Source: Phoronis australis (lineage: Eukaryota; Animalia; Phoronida). Taken from it: 57,237 bases of DNA. Shown here in pieces: positions 23,828-35,410 of the stretch. The notes beneath the pieces were generated by a model. That model was not told the origin of the DNA and did not search any database. It saw only the letters and a program-made list of their open reading frames with translations. The translations under genes were made by a program, and so were the position numbers. The DNA lies in assembly GCA_002633005.1 (NCBI GenBank), contig NMRA01000049.1, positions 656,636 to 713,872 of the forward strand, written 5' to 3'. Every line of letters begins with the position of its first letter. Within the stretch, counting starts at the first letter, position 1.

Positions 23828-25253
23828 CAAAGTCTGGGAAAATCTCTATTGAAAGCCCACAACTTTGCAAAGTTCGCCAAAAGTACCCAAGTTCTAAATA
23901 AACCTCGTTTGAGCGAGCGCTGTGGCCAGCGACCAGTTAGGCCTAAGGATAGCCGTGGCGCAAAGCTGTATAGGCCTACTAACAAGCTGTATTTTGACGA
24001 TAGTCTTCACTGGTAGCTGGCACTGAGGCTAACTAAGGTCTGCCGCGGCAGTGTGACACAGGACTAACCAGCCCGTAATCTCATGCAAGTGTCCGAAACT
24101 ACCCTTGAATATATGCAGCATTTATGATTTGACCATTTTACTTCGACAAAACAGCTTGCAACCGCATGCATTTACCGTTCGCTAGTGTCTGGTCTCGATC
24201 CGCATCGGGTCCGATAGGCTGCGGTCTCGAGTCTGGCAAAATAATTTCTGCCAAAATTTATTCGCCACATTTCTTCAGCAAATTCGATAAAATTGTCCGT
24301 ATTTTGATTTTATTGAAATTAAGGCGCGCTATGGATTATTTTATCCCGGTTTGCTGGCTGGTAACAGTACAGGCACTGCTCCAGTCGCACTGACGGCCTT
24401 TTTGTCGGCCTGGGTTCCTGAATGAATTGTACTTTCGGGTTCGCGGCAAGTTCAAAATGGCGGTGGTTATTCGGGTGCGAATCGTGAGTGGCGCGTTCAT
24501 TTAAACTTTTTTCGAGTACGGATCGTGTATTAGTTATGGGGTAGGTACTTCTTGGATCCTTATAACATCCTCTAACCATGTAATAAGGGTTAACAAAGTG
24601 AGAGACCAGGACTTTAAAGACTGAACGATGAAAGAATGACGCCCACGGCAAGGAAATCTCAGCCTTTCCCGTATTTCTGTTGATACCAATTACAAACAAT
24701 GAAAAAATCACCAGTGGTTGTTTTGAATTTAAACTAAGTGTGCTATTCACAGTTTTTTTAACAACAGAGTTTTTGTGGATTTTAAAAGGGGTCAAACTGT
24801 CTGCTGCAAAATGGTTACTACCGAAAGTCGGTAGTGATATCATACATCAGATGTTTTAGAATTCACCTTCAAACCAGGAGTGTGAACTTTTGATTGAAAA
24901 TTTTCATAGAAATGTGCACACTCAAGACCTTCTTCATGATAAATCTTTTTTTTTTCAATCCGTGCTATACTTCCATTTTCGTTTACAAAAAGCATGTTTA
25001 CTTTAGGAACACTTCCAAAATTATTTAAAATTTATTAAATTTATTAAATTTAATGCATGTTTTAGAGTTCTAAAGCATTAGTGGATTTGGTCTCGACACA
25101 ATGACCAAACTTGTAAAATATTTCCATTAAAACAACAAAAATTAATTTTAATTTCAGTTTTGAAGATAAGGTAGCTGTTCCTATTTTATTCGAAAAGTCC
25201 GTTCTATGTCACCCTTTTTGGGCCATTAACGGCATTTCCAGGACACTATATAT

Positions 25254-25404
25254 CATGGACGGCGCACCATAGGGCGGTGGGGGCTATAGTCCCCCATTTG
25301 ATGAGTGCTGCATCACCCATGGTCTATGGGCAGTGCACCACAGGGGACTACAGCCCCCACTTTTTTCAGTGCTGTGCCGCCCATGTATAGCTGTGCCGTC
25401 CATG
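25254..25404. mobile_element. Small MITE (CATGGACGGC...GCCGTCCATG), 5-bp TSD tatat/tatag, with a duplicated right end
   Basis: TIRs plus internal GGGGGCTATAGTCCCC / GGGGACTACAGCCCCC inverted motifs. Confidence 0.65.
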
Positions 25405-26299
25405 TATAGCCCTACGCCGTGGTTAGGCAATCGATACTCCACTGTCCAAATGCAGCCCTCCCAAGTGGGCGTGCCGTTGTTTTCCATGCCCAATGTTCCC
25501 CAGTCCCCACGTTCTCGCGACTGCACATTCTTTTTGGCAGGGTGTTGCCTCTGTGCGATTAATCTCCTAGTTCCGTCATAATTTGGGCGCAAGTCCAAGT
25601 TTTATTGAAACCGCAGGGTCAGAGGTTTGTGTTAGACGTCTCTCCTCTATCCAAACTTCCGTTCGCCAATAAACGTGTATTCTGAACATATTTTTGTAAT
25701 TGTTTGAACTTTTTAAAACAAAATCATATTTACACTGAATGTAAATCGACGTCAAATCAACACTGGCACCAAAACATTCTAGAATTTGAAGCTCCCTTTT
25801 AAAGGCCAACGCCGAAACACGTGCCAGTTCCATGAGCATCCCAATAACAGAAATGCAACACCTGAAAATGTGTGATCAAATTAACAACCGACATCATCAG
25901 TTGACTAATTTGATTCTGGTTACAATTGCAATAACAGCATATAATTGAAAAAGGAGACATCAACCTTAAATTTTGCATTTTAATTGAAAAACAACAAACT
26001 ACTTGTTTTTATGATTTAATGTAACCCATGGCAATATTACTTGCATCATCATCCCTTATGAATACCTGATCTGAATGTCAAAATCAATTTCATTGTAAGG
26101 AAGAATCAAATGCAAAGACCATAAATTCTGAAAATGACATAAAATCCGAAATTCTGTACGATCAATTCGCAAGTGTTCACTGATTAAGTAAGTAATGAAT
26201 TGCGCTGTAAGAGTCAATCTTCAAAAGTCATACTATTGTTGAAATGTACTGAATTTGCAAACTGACACCGAATTCACAAAATAAAGTCGTATTTCAATA

Positions 26300-26645
26300 A
26301 AAAATGAATTTCCAACTACACCTGTGTCCCTGTCCCTCAGCCTAATCATGAAGACTTGAACACAAACATGATAAAAAACCCTTGTAGACGTCTAGAACCT
26401 CTCCAAAAGCGTGTAGAAACTATTTTATGCTGATTCAATGTGTCGCATCATTTGTATATAATTGTCTGCTGTTGTGTTGATGTGTTGTAAGTCAATGTCA
26501 CTTTCCACTTTTCTCTTATTCGTGTGTATAATGATAACACTTTACTATGCATATTTTTTATAGTGTGTTCATTGTCTGAAGCCCGGATATAATGCTAGCT
26601 GCGGCTTCCGGGCTGAATACTATAGTATTAAATTTTTGTGTGTGT
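26300..26645 (+). mobile_element. Possible LINE/SINE 3' end fragment
   Basis: Stem-loop AGCCCGGA...TCCGGGCT (26580-26614) followed by ATTAAA and a short (TG)n tail. Confidence 0.3.
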
Positions 26646-27416
26646 CAATTAAGAAATTGGTACCTGTTCTTAAAAAAAAAAACGATAGTTTTCACGTTTC
26701 CATTGTAACGTCTCTCTCCAGACAGTACCACCTTCTCAACCGGCCGCAGTACGCCGATAGTTTTTCGCCGAATAATGCCTCACACTGCTTCCGTCATATC
26801 ATCTTTGGTCATATGGAGAGAGCCTACAGGATGGCCACCGTCTCTACTGTGTCTGTGGCCAGTTGAGATGGTGACATTGTCTGAGCCCCACTCCTGGCAC
26901 TATCTGATGTCTTATGAAAAAAGGAGTGAGGAATATGTCGTTACTCCACTTATACGTCACAATGTTTTGACAAAGCAAAAGACCATATGCATATCAATGT
27001 CATTTCATGGAACTGTTTGGCAAGAATTATACAATAAACCAGGTTAACTAATTGTGCCATACATGGCAAGTCTTGTTCCAGTGAAAACCACTATACATCC
27101 ATAACGCCAACTTGCTTTGTGTCTACGTCATCAACTGAACCTCAGAACTTAGGCAACTATAAAAGACTATACATGCCCATAATTACCTCTAATAAATCTG
27201 TAACGCCAGTCGATGTCATGATCATGGACTTCAGACATATAACGTCATATATATGGCGATATATACGCACTAGCAGGCGATGACCTTTCTGCTGATAAGC
27301 ATTGCTTGGACCTAGCACCCGAGATTGGTTCCTAGAATCCTAGTCTGGACTTTGAACTCGCTGCTATTCACTTCATTAGCTATAAGTTTATAGGTCGTCT
27401 TCGTAATGACAGATGT

Positions 27417-27843
27417 CGTTGCTGTGCGTGAACTTGGAATCCCGCTTAATCTCAAGATCGCGTATGCGTGAACTTGGAATTGAACATATATTTGGGCAAT
27501 CAGGTAATCAGGAGAAATTTTTGTTCAGTGTAAAGAATTTTTGTAATTATTGGTCTTATGATCACTCATTTTCTCCTTTAACTAACTTGTGTCAAAGAAT
27601 CGGAGGAATTTGTGTTTGATTAAAACAATTATTGTTTGGTGAATAAGATCGCCAATAGCTGAAAAAAGATTAGTTAAATTTTACGTTATTTTATTAACAT
27701 ATAATTTGGTTTAGTGCAGTGCAAATTTTATCCACGTGAACGTGATTATTTGAGTGAAATTGTCAAGTTCCTTCGTGTAGTCCACGTTCACGCAAACGCG
27801 ATCTTGAGATTAAGCAAGATTCCAAGTTCACGCACAGCATCGC
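27417..27843. mobile_element. MITE with roughly 55-bp TIRs
   Basis: GCTGTGCGTGAACTTGGAATC..CTTAATCTCAAGATCGCGT..GCGTGAAC and its reverse complement at 27787-27842. Confidence 0.75.
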
Positions 27844-28898
27844 TATGTAGACTAAGGAACACAGCGAGGCGCCAGCGAGGCAAGGCTCTGCCCAGCTTTG
27901 ACCTGAGCACAGTTAACCATCATGGGTAAACATCATGTTGCAGAAATTACGCTGGAAACTCGTATGAATCGATAGGGCAAGTCCATCTGTAAAATGTAGC
28001 AGGGGTGGTAAATTTTGAAGAGTCCATATGTTAGAAATCATTTAACACAAGAACAATAAATCGGTATTTTCAATAGCATCTTTTTGTATTACATGAAATT
28101 TTGTAGTTATTCTGTCAATGATTTTACACTAATACACTGTATCAATATTGAAAGGGTAAAAATCCTAAGGGGATGCGCCGCCGTCGAAAATTGACAGAAA
28201 TTGGGAACGCTTTCGTCTAGTCACAAACCTTAAGCGAAAATCAACCAAATTGTATCGTTTGAATCCATAAGTAACAATGATAGCAATCCAGGTACATTTT
28301 ATAAGACCAGTTCACCCTTTACATGAGATGCGTGTAAGTCAGTTTGTCGATGGTCACCAGGCTGACTGACCGTACGAAATGCGAAGCCTGCTGAAATGGC
28401 TGACAGCTTCAGCGATTCTTTATTAATTACCCAGTGGCTGATCTACGGGGGNGGGGGGGGTTCAGGGGGCTTAAAGCCCCCTTGGGCCAGGACCGAAAAA
28501 TAAAAAAAAAAACAAAAACGTCTCCAGCAAAACAAAAATGGCACCGTCAGCGAGTTTAAACCCCAAGTAAACCAGCTCGGAAAAATTGAGGGGTTCACTC
28601 TGAAAATTTGATTTTTTTTGCGTTGTGGTTTGCTGTAGAGAAAAGCAACGCATTTTGAGTTTTCGTGGCTCATCGGCAAGTCGCACGGAGTTAAATTTTG
28701 TAGGGCGCGTTTCCGTCGACACATTTTAAGTCTAGCATTTTAGATGGATCCACCGCTGAAAGAGCTGATTTCTTTAGGTAATTAAACTTCTTTAATCTAA
28801 GATACGTTTCGATTTGCCAAAGGGGAAATACTGTGGTGCCGCAACAATGATATTGAGGCTAATTGTCGAGGAACGTTTTTACCTCATCTGATCTGTCA

Positions 28899-29876
28899 CA
28901 GTGGCGGATCTAGGATATCACAAGGGGGGGCCCAACATTTTGTCCGGCTGTAAGCACATGCGCAAACTGAATCACGATTGATGCGCATAGCACCGAATGG
29001 GGGGAGGCCCAGGAAATTTTTCTGTTTTTACCTCTAAAAATCAAGCATTTTCCTTGATTCCTGAAGTATTATCCAAGAAAAAAGGCAAAAAAAAAGAAAA
29101 AAACGTGTCAAACAGGAAAAACTGCAAGTACCAAAGACTCGAGCTCACGACCTGGCGGATAGAGCGCGCGTGCGTTACCACTACACCACCACGATTTAAC
29201 TGCTATTGTCATACTAAGAGACCTACTTGGTTATGGTCCACAGCGTTTGCGCGCGAAACCTACTTCTTTTTGTAATGCGTATTATATGTTTTGTGCCATC
29301 GATTCTTAACAAATTTGTCGTATTTAAAATAGTCTTCAAATGCCCAAAAGACCAAATCCATTTTTTGTGTTGGCAATAATGACGGCATTGCTTTGGAAAT
29401 CGTCTTAGGATAAGGTTTGACAAAGAGAGTATTGCGAGTTTCTGAGTGATTCACTAAGCCTTCGATTAAAATTCACATCTTACCAGCAGCTTCTGTTTCT
29501 GCATCGTCACTCAGGTTCCATTTTATTTGAAAAATGAAGTAAAATTTCTTCATTGCACAGTGGAGCAGACGACGGAAACGGAGTCGTAGTGTGCAGCGCC
29601 ACTGCCGGTCGCCTGGGATATCGCGGGAGAGCCTATACTTAGCCATAGTTCCGTTACGAATGCGCCGTGTTCCGAATTTGACACTTGAAATTGGATTTGA
29701 GCCCGCCCCCCAACACTAAAACTGCACACATTTAAATCTTTTTTCATCCGTATAATTTTAATTACCGGGGTTAATTAATAAACTCAACATTTCCCTACAC
29801 TCTTACTGTTTTACTTTTTTGCCGCAGCCAAGGGGGGGGGGGGCGGACCTCCTGCCCCCCCCTAAGTCCGCCTATG
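28899..29876. mobile_element. Nested non-autonomous hAT-type element, 5-bp TSD TGTCA
   Basis: tgtca|CAGTGGCGGATCTAGG ... CCTAAGTCCGCCTATG|tgtca. Confidence 0.85.
29128..29195 (-). other. tRNA-derived (SINE-head-like) segment
   Basis: A-box TGGTGTAGTGG and degenerate B-box GAGCTCGAGTC at tRNA-like spacing; no intact cloverleaf. Confidence 0.45.
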
Positions 29877-30419
29877 TGTCATGCTATTACACTCACTCCA
29901 GACTTTTAAAACTCGAATTTGACTGATGTATAATAAAGTTGTATTGCGCAACATCATACAGTGTACATGTAATGTTTGTTTAAAAAAACGATCAACTCGT
30001 TTTCCGAAGAATTGCTTTTTTGGTGGGCGCCGTGGTCTGGTCGCGAGTCCGTTTCAAGATGCCCCCTAACAAGTTATGCCAAGGAATCACCCCGGGGGCA
30101 CTCACATTGACTTGATGACCGCATTCGCGAACAGTGTACAGTACCAGAAATTGCAGGTAGGCTGTACTTTCACAGCAAAGTCTTGCGGTACTCGGGCAAT
30201 GCTCAACAGGCCTCCTAAGGAGCCCTGCTTCCGACCTCAACACCTACCGTCTTCCTACCTGCAGTAAGCACCACTTGCCGTCTTCTATACTCAGAATTTC
30301 TGCAGAAATAAGGCCCACCCGATGAAAAGCCCATGCCCATGGGCGTTTATTTGGTGTTACAACTTTGGGTTTCAAGTGTTCAGACATTGGGACGTTTATT
30401 CCGAAAGTTGCAAGGAATG

Positions 30420-31055
30420 CAAATAGGTCCTGAGATACATCGTCAAGGCTTGAAGTAGTCCCTGATGAACGAATCAAATTTAGTTGCGCATGTAACTCTT
30501 TTGAATGGACTTGGCAACCTCAGGGGCTTAGTGTCAAGCTGCGAAACGAGATGCTGACATTGTAGAGGCTTACAAGCTCATTGACACAGCAGTTGACAAA
30601 GTGGAAGCGTCGGGAACAAACATCGAAGATTTCAGGGTAGAATGGTTCCAGACGAGTAAACCGTTGGACCCGATATGATTCCTCGCCGAGGAATCTTCGG
30701 CAGTCCAGACAACAGAAGCATAGGACTAACGTTCCTGCAGAAACACCCAGGCAATAAATTATAATTCTACACAGTTTGTCCATAATGTCATATTTCGATA
30801 AGGCTCAAAACGAAATAGAAATTATTTTTGGACATGCCCGATTTACTCAGTACAGCACAGGGTGTACGAGTGCACAGAAACTGATTCTGGTTTGTATTTC
30901 TACTTGGCTCTTTATCTGCTTCATAACCAAACTCTATTTCACGTAATGTGTAGTTAAATTTGTACTCAATATTTGTTTGTTCCAGTGAGTACTACAGAAG
31001 AACGGTGCGAATAGCCTTCCTAGACAACCTCTCACGGCAGTTGACCGCCAAATGT
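30420..31055 (+). pseudogene. hAT transposase remnant (ZMYM1/PRKRIR-THAP12 type) with an intron at 30751-30985
   Basis: Frameshifted fragments LNGLGNLRGL, SVKL, DIVEAYKLIDTAVDKV, EWF, RQQKHRTNVPAETP, then across the intron SEYYRRTVRIAFLDNLSRQL; typical of this hAT group. Confidence 0.75.
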
Positions 31056-32571
31056 GTAAAATACACGTATGAGCAACCACAGGGGATTAAAAAGTGTCTA
31101 GAGAGAAGTTTTTGCAGTCATACTGTTTGGTCCCGCGACAGATCGACTACGTTTATAGGGATAATAAGCACAGGTGTTCTTTTGGTCTCGCGACGGACCA
31201 GGCCAGCATATCTGTGTACTCTCAGTGTAGGCCTACACCTGGTCCCTCTGCGAACTGGTCCTGTATATCTTTTCACCACGGTGTACAGAATGTTTTGGCA
31301 TAGTGAAAATGTTTTCAGATGATTTGTTTCCTGATGGATTTGACGTTTTTTTAATTGTTATGACATACAGTAACCCAACAGTCAACGTGATTCAGCTTAA
31401 TAAAGTGATACATCTGATATTCAAGTATTGGGTTTTTACGCCCCGTCGGTGTTCCTTATGCTTTTGAATATTTGGTAGTTGTCTAAGCCCCTGTACACAC
31501 ACTACACTCTTTCGGATACGATTTTCGTATGCTTAAAAAGGTGTGTGTAGACAGATGTTCCAACAAAAATTTTTGCTGGTGGCTTGAATCATAGCTAGAT
31601 TTGCATAAAATATGGTTTCACGAAACTTATGAGCCAAGTTCATGTGACGAAATCGAGAAGGGCTTTAAATTATCTTAAGATAAACTCCAGAGAATGTTAA
31701 TTGTCAGAAACTCACCAGGATGCATGGGAATTTCACTATTTGGGTACACAAACAAAAATATTGTCTTACACGGGAGAGGGGGTTTCCCCTCGACCTTTCC
31801 CCGCTCTGCGCCACGCGCCTCGGATTCGACCTTTGCGGGAATCCTAAACCCCCCTTACTGAAAACGTAGATCCGCCACTGTTACCCCTTCCACATAGGAT
31901 CTCTACTTAATACTAATGAATCCTTGTTATTTCATCCAAGTGTTGTGTCCATTCAGGATCGTATGCAGTGACCTAGACATGCTTTTTATTATGTAAACGA
32001 ATGTCTTCCGCAAACTTCAAAAACTTAAGCCATATGGGATACTACGATAATCTACCAGGGATTTTTTTTGAGATTGGAGGAATTTCAAGACCTCTTACCT
32101 CTACATTTGACTAGTGTATCCATTACCCTGTCTACCTAAGTCGTCTACTGAAGCAAGTAAAACCTCTTGAAGCCCAGTTTTTTAAAAAAAGGTGAAAAGG
32201 CATACGAATCGTGTTACATGCTAGATAACTCGTTCTCATGTATTAGTAATACGCTCAGCATTGCAAGCCATGCAGCAATAGACTGGTTTGAATCGAATCA
32301 GATGGCTGTTATTAAAGAAGAACTCAAATCTGTTGTATTCTCTAAGTCTGACATGTGTGGTGGGGAAAATTTTCTCCTTGTATCGGAAGCAGTAAGATTG
32401 TATGAGAAAACCAGGTCAATGAAATGCTTAAGACTTATAATCACATGCTATATGCAGGCCCGTAGGAAAGAAAAATTAAGGGGGGGGGGGCACAAACCAG
32501 TTTGACTTCCCCAACTTACTCCCTTGCTATCGCCACACCCCCTATTCTCTGGATGTCCGGGTCACCATATT

Positions 32572-33066
32572 TGTAACGAACCCCCCACTTCCGCCATCGG
32601 GCGGGTAATACCGGGAATGCAGCCATCAGGATTTGAGTAACCGTAAACTCACAGTTCACGGAGAGTAAGCCAACAGAATGGGTCTAGGGCCAACGCACTG
32701 ACGGGTAGCTAGGATGTGCCTGAAGCAACGATAGCTAAGTTCCAACAGTAGATTCCTACCTATGGCTCTCTGCTATGGGTTTAACGTCAAGGTTTGTTTT
32801 ATGAAGATCCAGTTTCGGGGAAAACATGTTATTATGGCCATTCTTTGAAGTCATTTTTTGGAAAGGTGAGGTCCCGAGGTGCCTAGTATGAGTGCGTTGG
32901 TGGCCGTTTTAGAATCCTTAGATGAAACACAGCCGGTAGTCCAGTTTCTGGTTTCTGGGGGGAACGATACAGTGTGTCTTAAAAATGTTCACACTCCAAC
33001 GTCTGGAGTTCAAATTTAGTTCCCGTGGGTAACTGGGATTCTACGCAGGCCTACTGCACGGCTACA
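32572..33066. mobile_element. Possible solo LTR inserted in a MITE (about 32455-33098)
   Basis: TGTAACG...CGGCTACA termini, about 495 bp; no matching TSD seen. Confidence 0.3.
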
Positions 33067-33109
33067 CCTTATTTTTAACTCGGATGTTCCAGGCCTGACG
33101 TGTTCCGTG

Positions 33110-33380
33110 CATGAGCGCACTCAACGGGGGGGGGGGGAGGGGGCTCCGGGTGCTCGAACGAAACCCCCTCCCCATTTGAAAAATTGTGCGAAAAGGTTCG
33201 CTTCAAAGAAACAAAAAGTCCGAGAGAAACGAGACAAAAGTCAAGTGAAAAGGCAGGAATTCGGCATATGCACCAATTCATAGTCCTGAACGAACACCAT
33301 GTTCCGTATTTTTCTTTAGTAAAAGGTCCACATCTTCAAAAATTCGAGCTCCCCTATATCTTAGGCTGGGAGCGCGCATG
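33110..33380. mobile_element. MITE family M, perfect 5-bp TSD CCGTG
   Basis: ccgtg|CATGAGCGCACTCA ... TGGGAGCGCGCATG|ccgtg. Confidence 0.85.
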
Positions 33381-35410
33381 CCGTGTTTGTGATATGCACA
33401 GGAAATGCAAGCAAACGATTAAGTTTTGAAGAACAAAAATTCACTGCGCAATACTACGGGAAACTAAAAACATCAAGGAAGTGCAAAAAGAAACTTTCCA
33501 ATTTGATGACCAATGAGTTAGATTTTATTTGTTTAAGTACTTCAACTTCTTTTTCGATGTACGGTTTGTAAACTCAAATCCATTAATCTAGTTCCTAAGC
33601 CAATAAACAATTTATTGTCATTTGAATTGTGAAAACATTTTGAGACACTTTGTAGAGATGTCCGAAATTCATCAATTTCCTTGAAACTTATTTCAAATAG
33701 GCAAAATTGTTTAGTGTAGGCCTACTTTTATTTTTGGGATCTGATGATAGATCGAATTTTCCCAATGTTGGCCTGGAACTAAGTTCATTGAAGCATTGCC
33801 ATTTCTTACATAATTAGCTTCTTATTGTCACAAAAATCATCTCTCAATCAGTCCATTTTCATAGATTCATAAACCTGTAAATCAGAAACCAACAATTAAG
33901 TCCATGAGCAATGCTTTTACCTTGATTTAATTCCTTTTTGAGCCCCTGTTAGTAAGTTTAAACAACAAATCTTGTACCGAAGTCAAAACACAATGCATTT
34001 ATTGTCATTTGAATTGTAAATTTTTGGGAAGTGTCCAAATTTCATCAATGCCTTTGAGAGTTATTTTAGATAGTGAAAGAGCCTCCAAGTGCAATTTACT
34101 ATTTGGGGATCAGATTATAGAGTTTTTCCATATTCAGGCTTCAACTTAATTCCCTGAATCGTAATCGTTTCTTAAATGATTAGCTTGTAATTGCCAAAAA
34201 TCATCTATTAACCTGTCGGTGTTAGTAGATACATCAACATGTATCAGAAACCAACAAATTTGTTGATCAAAATGGAATGTTATAAGCATTTTCCGCTTGT
34301 AGGCTCGCAGGTTTCTTGACGGGTAACCAGGGGAAAATGGAGATTGAGCATTCATAGTAAGATGTATTTTTGCTCAATTCCGAGGTACCTGTAACGGTTC
34401 ACGAGTTGAACTTGGCCTCAAAAAAAGCTGAAATATTTGTTTATAATTGCGAGTATTTGAGTACACTCGTTCAACATGTACACGGTCACCCCAATGGTAG
34501 CCTCGACAGCAGTGTTTTCCACATGTGGGAGTTCCTTACAAACAACTCATAAAAGATTCTATTCTTGTAATACTACGGGAAGCAGTAAAATAATTTTATA
34601 ACTAACCATCGGAAATGGTCGTTTTGTGTAATTAACAAATAGCGGTCTTCACGCTTTTCAAAATTCCACCTTTTCGATGGCGATCCATCCTATTGTATTT
34701 TTTCACATTTCTGGTTGTTTGGGTCTAATGTCTTGATACTGCTGTGTTGTGCACGAATGTTTTGTGACATGAAAAGGTGCGTTTGTGAAGGATGTAGTAA
34801 CAGCAACTTGACTGAGAAAGCCTCTGTGTTCACATTTCCTAAACACGTGAAAGTGGCACAGAAGTGACATCTGTTTGTGCACCGCACAAGAGTATGGAAT
34901 GTCAGTGTGGAACATGCGATTCAGTCGTGAGACACACTTAGTTTGGCACGTTTTAAGGAATCGTGTTTTAACCAAACACCAAAGCGGCGTTACGATGAAG
35001 AATTCGCTACTACGGTCGCCCGAAATTTGCAAATTTTATAAATAACGAACAAATTGCTTCCATTCTTGGGCGAGTGAAGCCAGGCACTCGACAGCGGCCC
35101 AGATCGAGTGCTGTGACACGTAGGCTTATGCATTGTGTTTAGAACGTGCTCATTCCATCATGGCAATCATACGAGTGACCCAGGTTTACTGTGGCCTTTG
35201 TCAGTGATTATTAAGTGTCTATTTTGTGAATATTGGCCACCCCTTGGTTCATTTGGTTGTGACTGACATATGTCTGTAGGATTTCTCGCGCAAGAGGGTC
35301 TACCGCCAACGAAGTTAGTTCGCTAAGTTGAAAATCGAATTCATTGTCTGATTCTTCAAGTACTTGAGTGTGATGCCCGTATCCACCCTCCTCTCTGTTT
35401 GCATAATAAT

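Larger units (their letters stand above)
28432..31880 (+). mobile_element. hAT-type transposon with 5-bp TSD TTACC, carrying a decayed transposase and a nested element
   Basis: ttacc|CAGTGGCTGATCTACG ... CGTAGATCCGCCACTG|ttacc (TIR 15/16, perfect TSD). Confidence 0.85.

Noticed and set aside
24319-24843. 174-aa minus-strand ORF
   Set aside because: No domain or splice support; lies in repeat-like sequence.
29992-30783. Three collinear minus-strand ORFs in one frame
   Set aside because: They lie largely antisense to the hAT transposase remnant and have no recognisable motifs.
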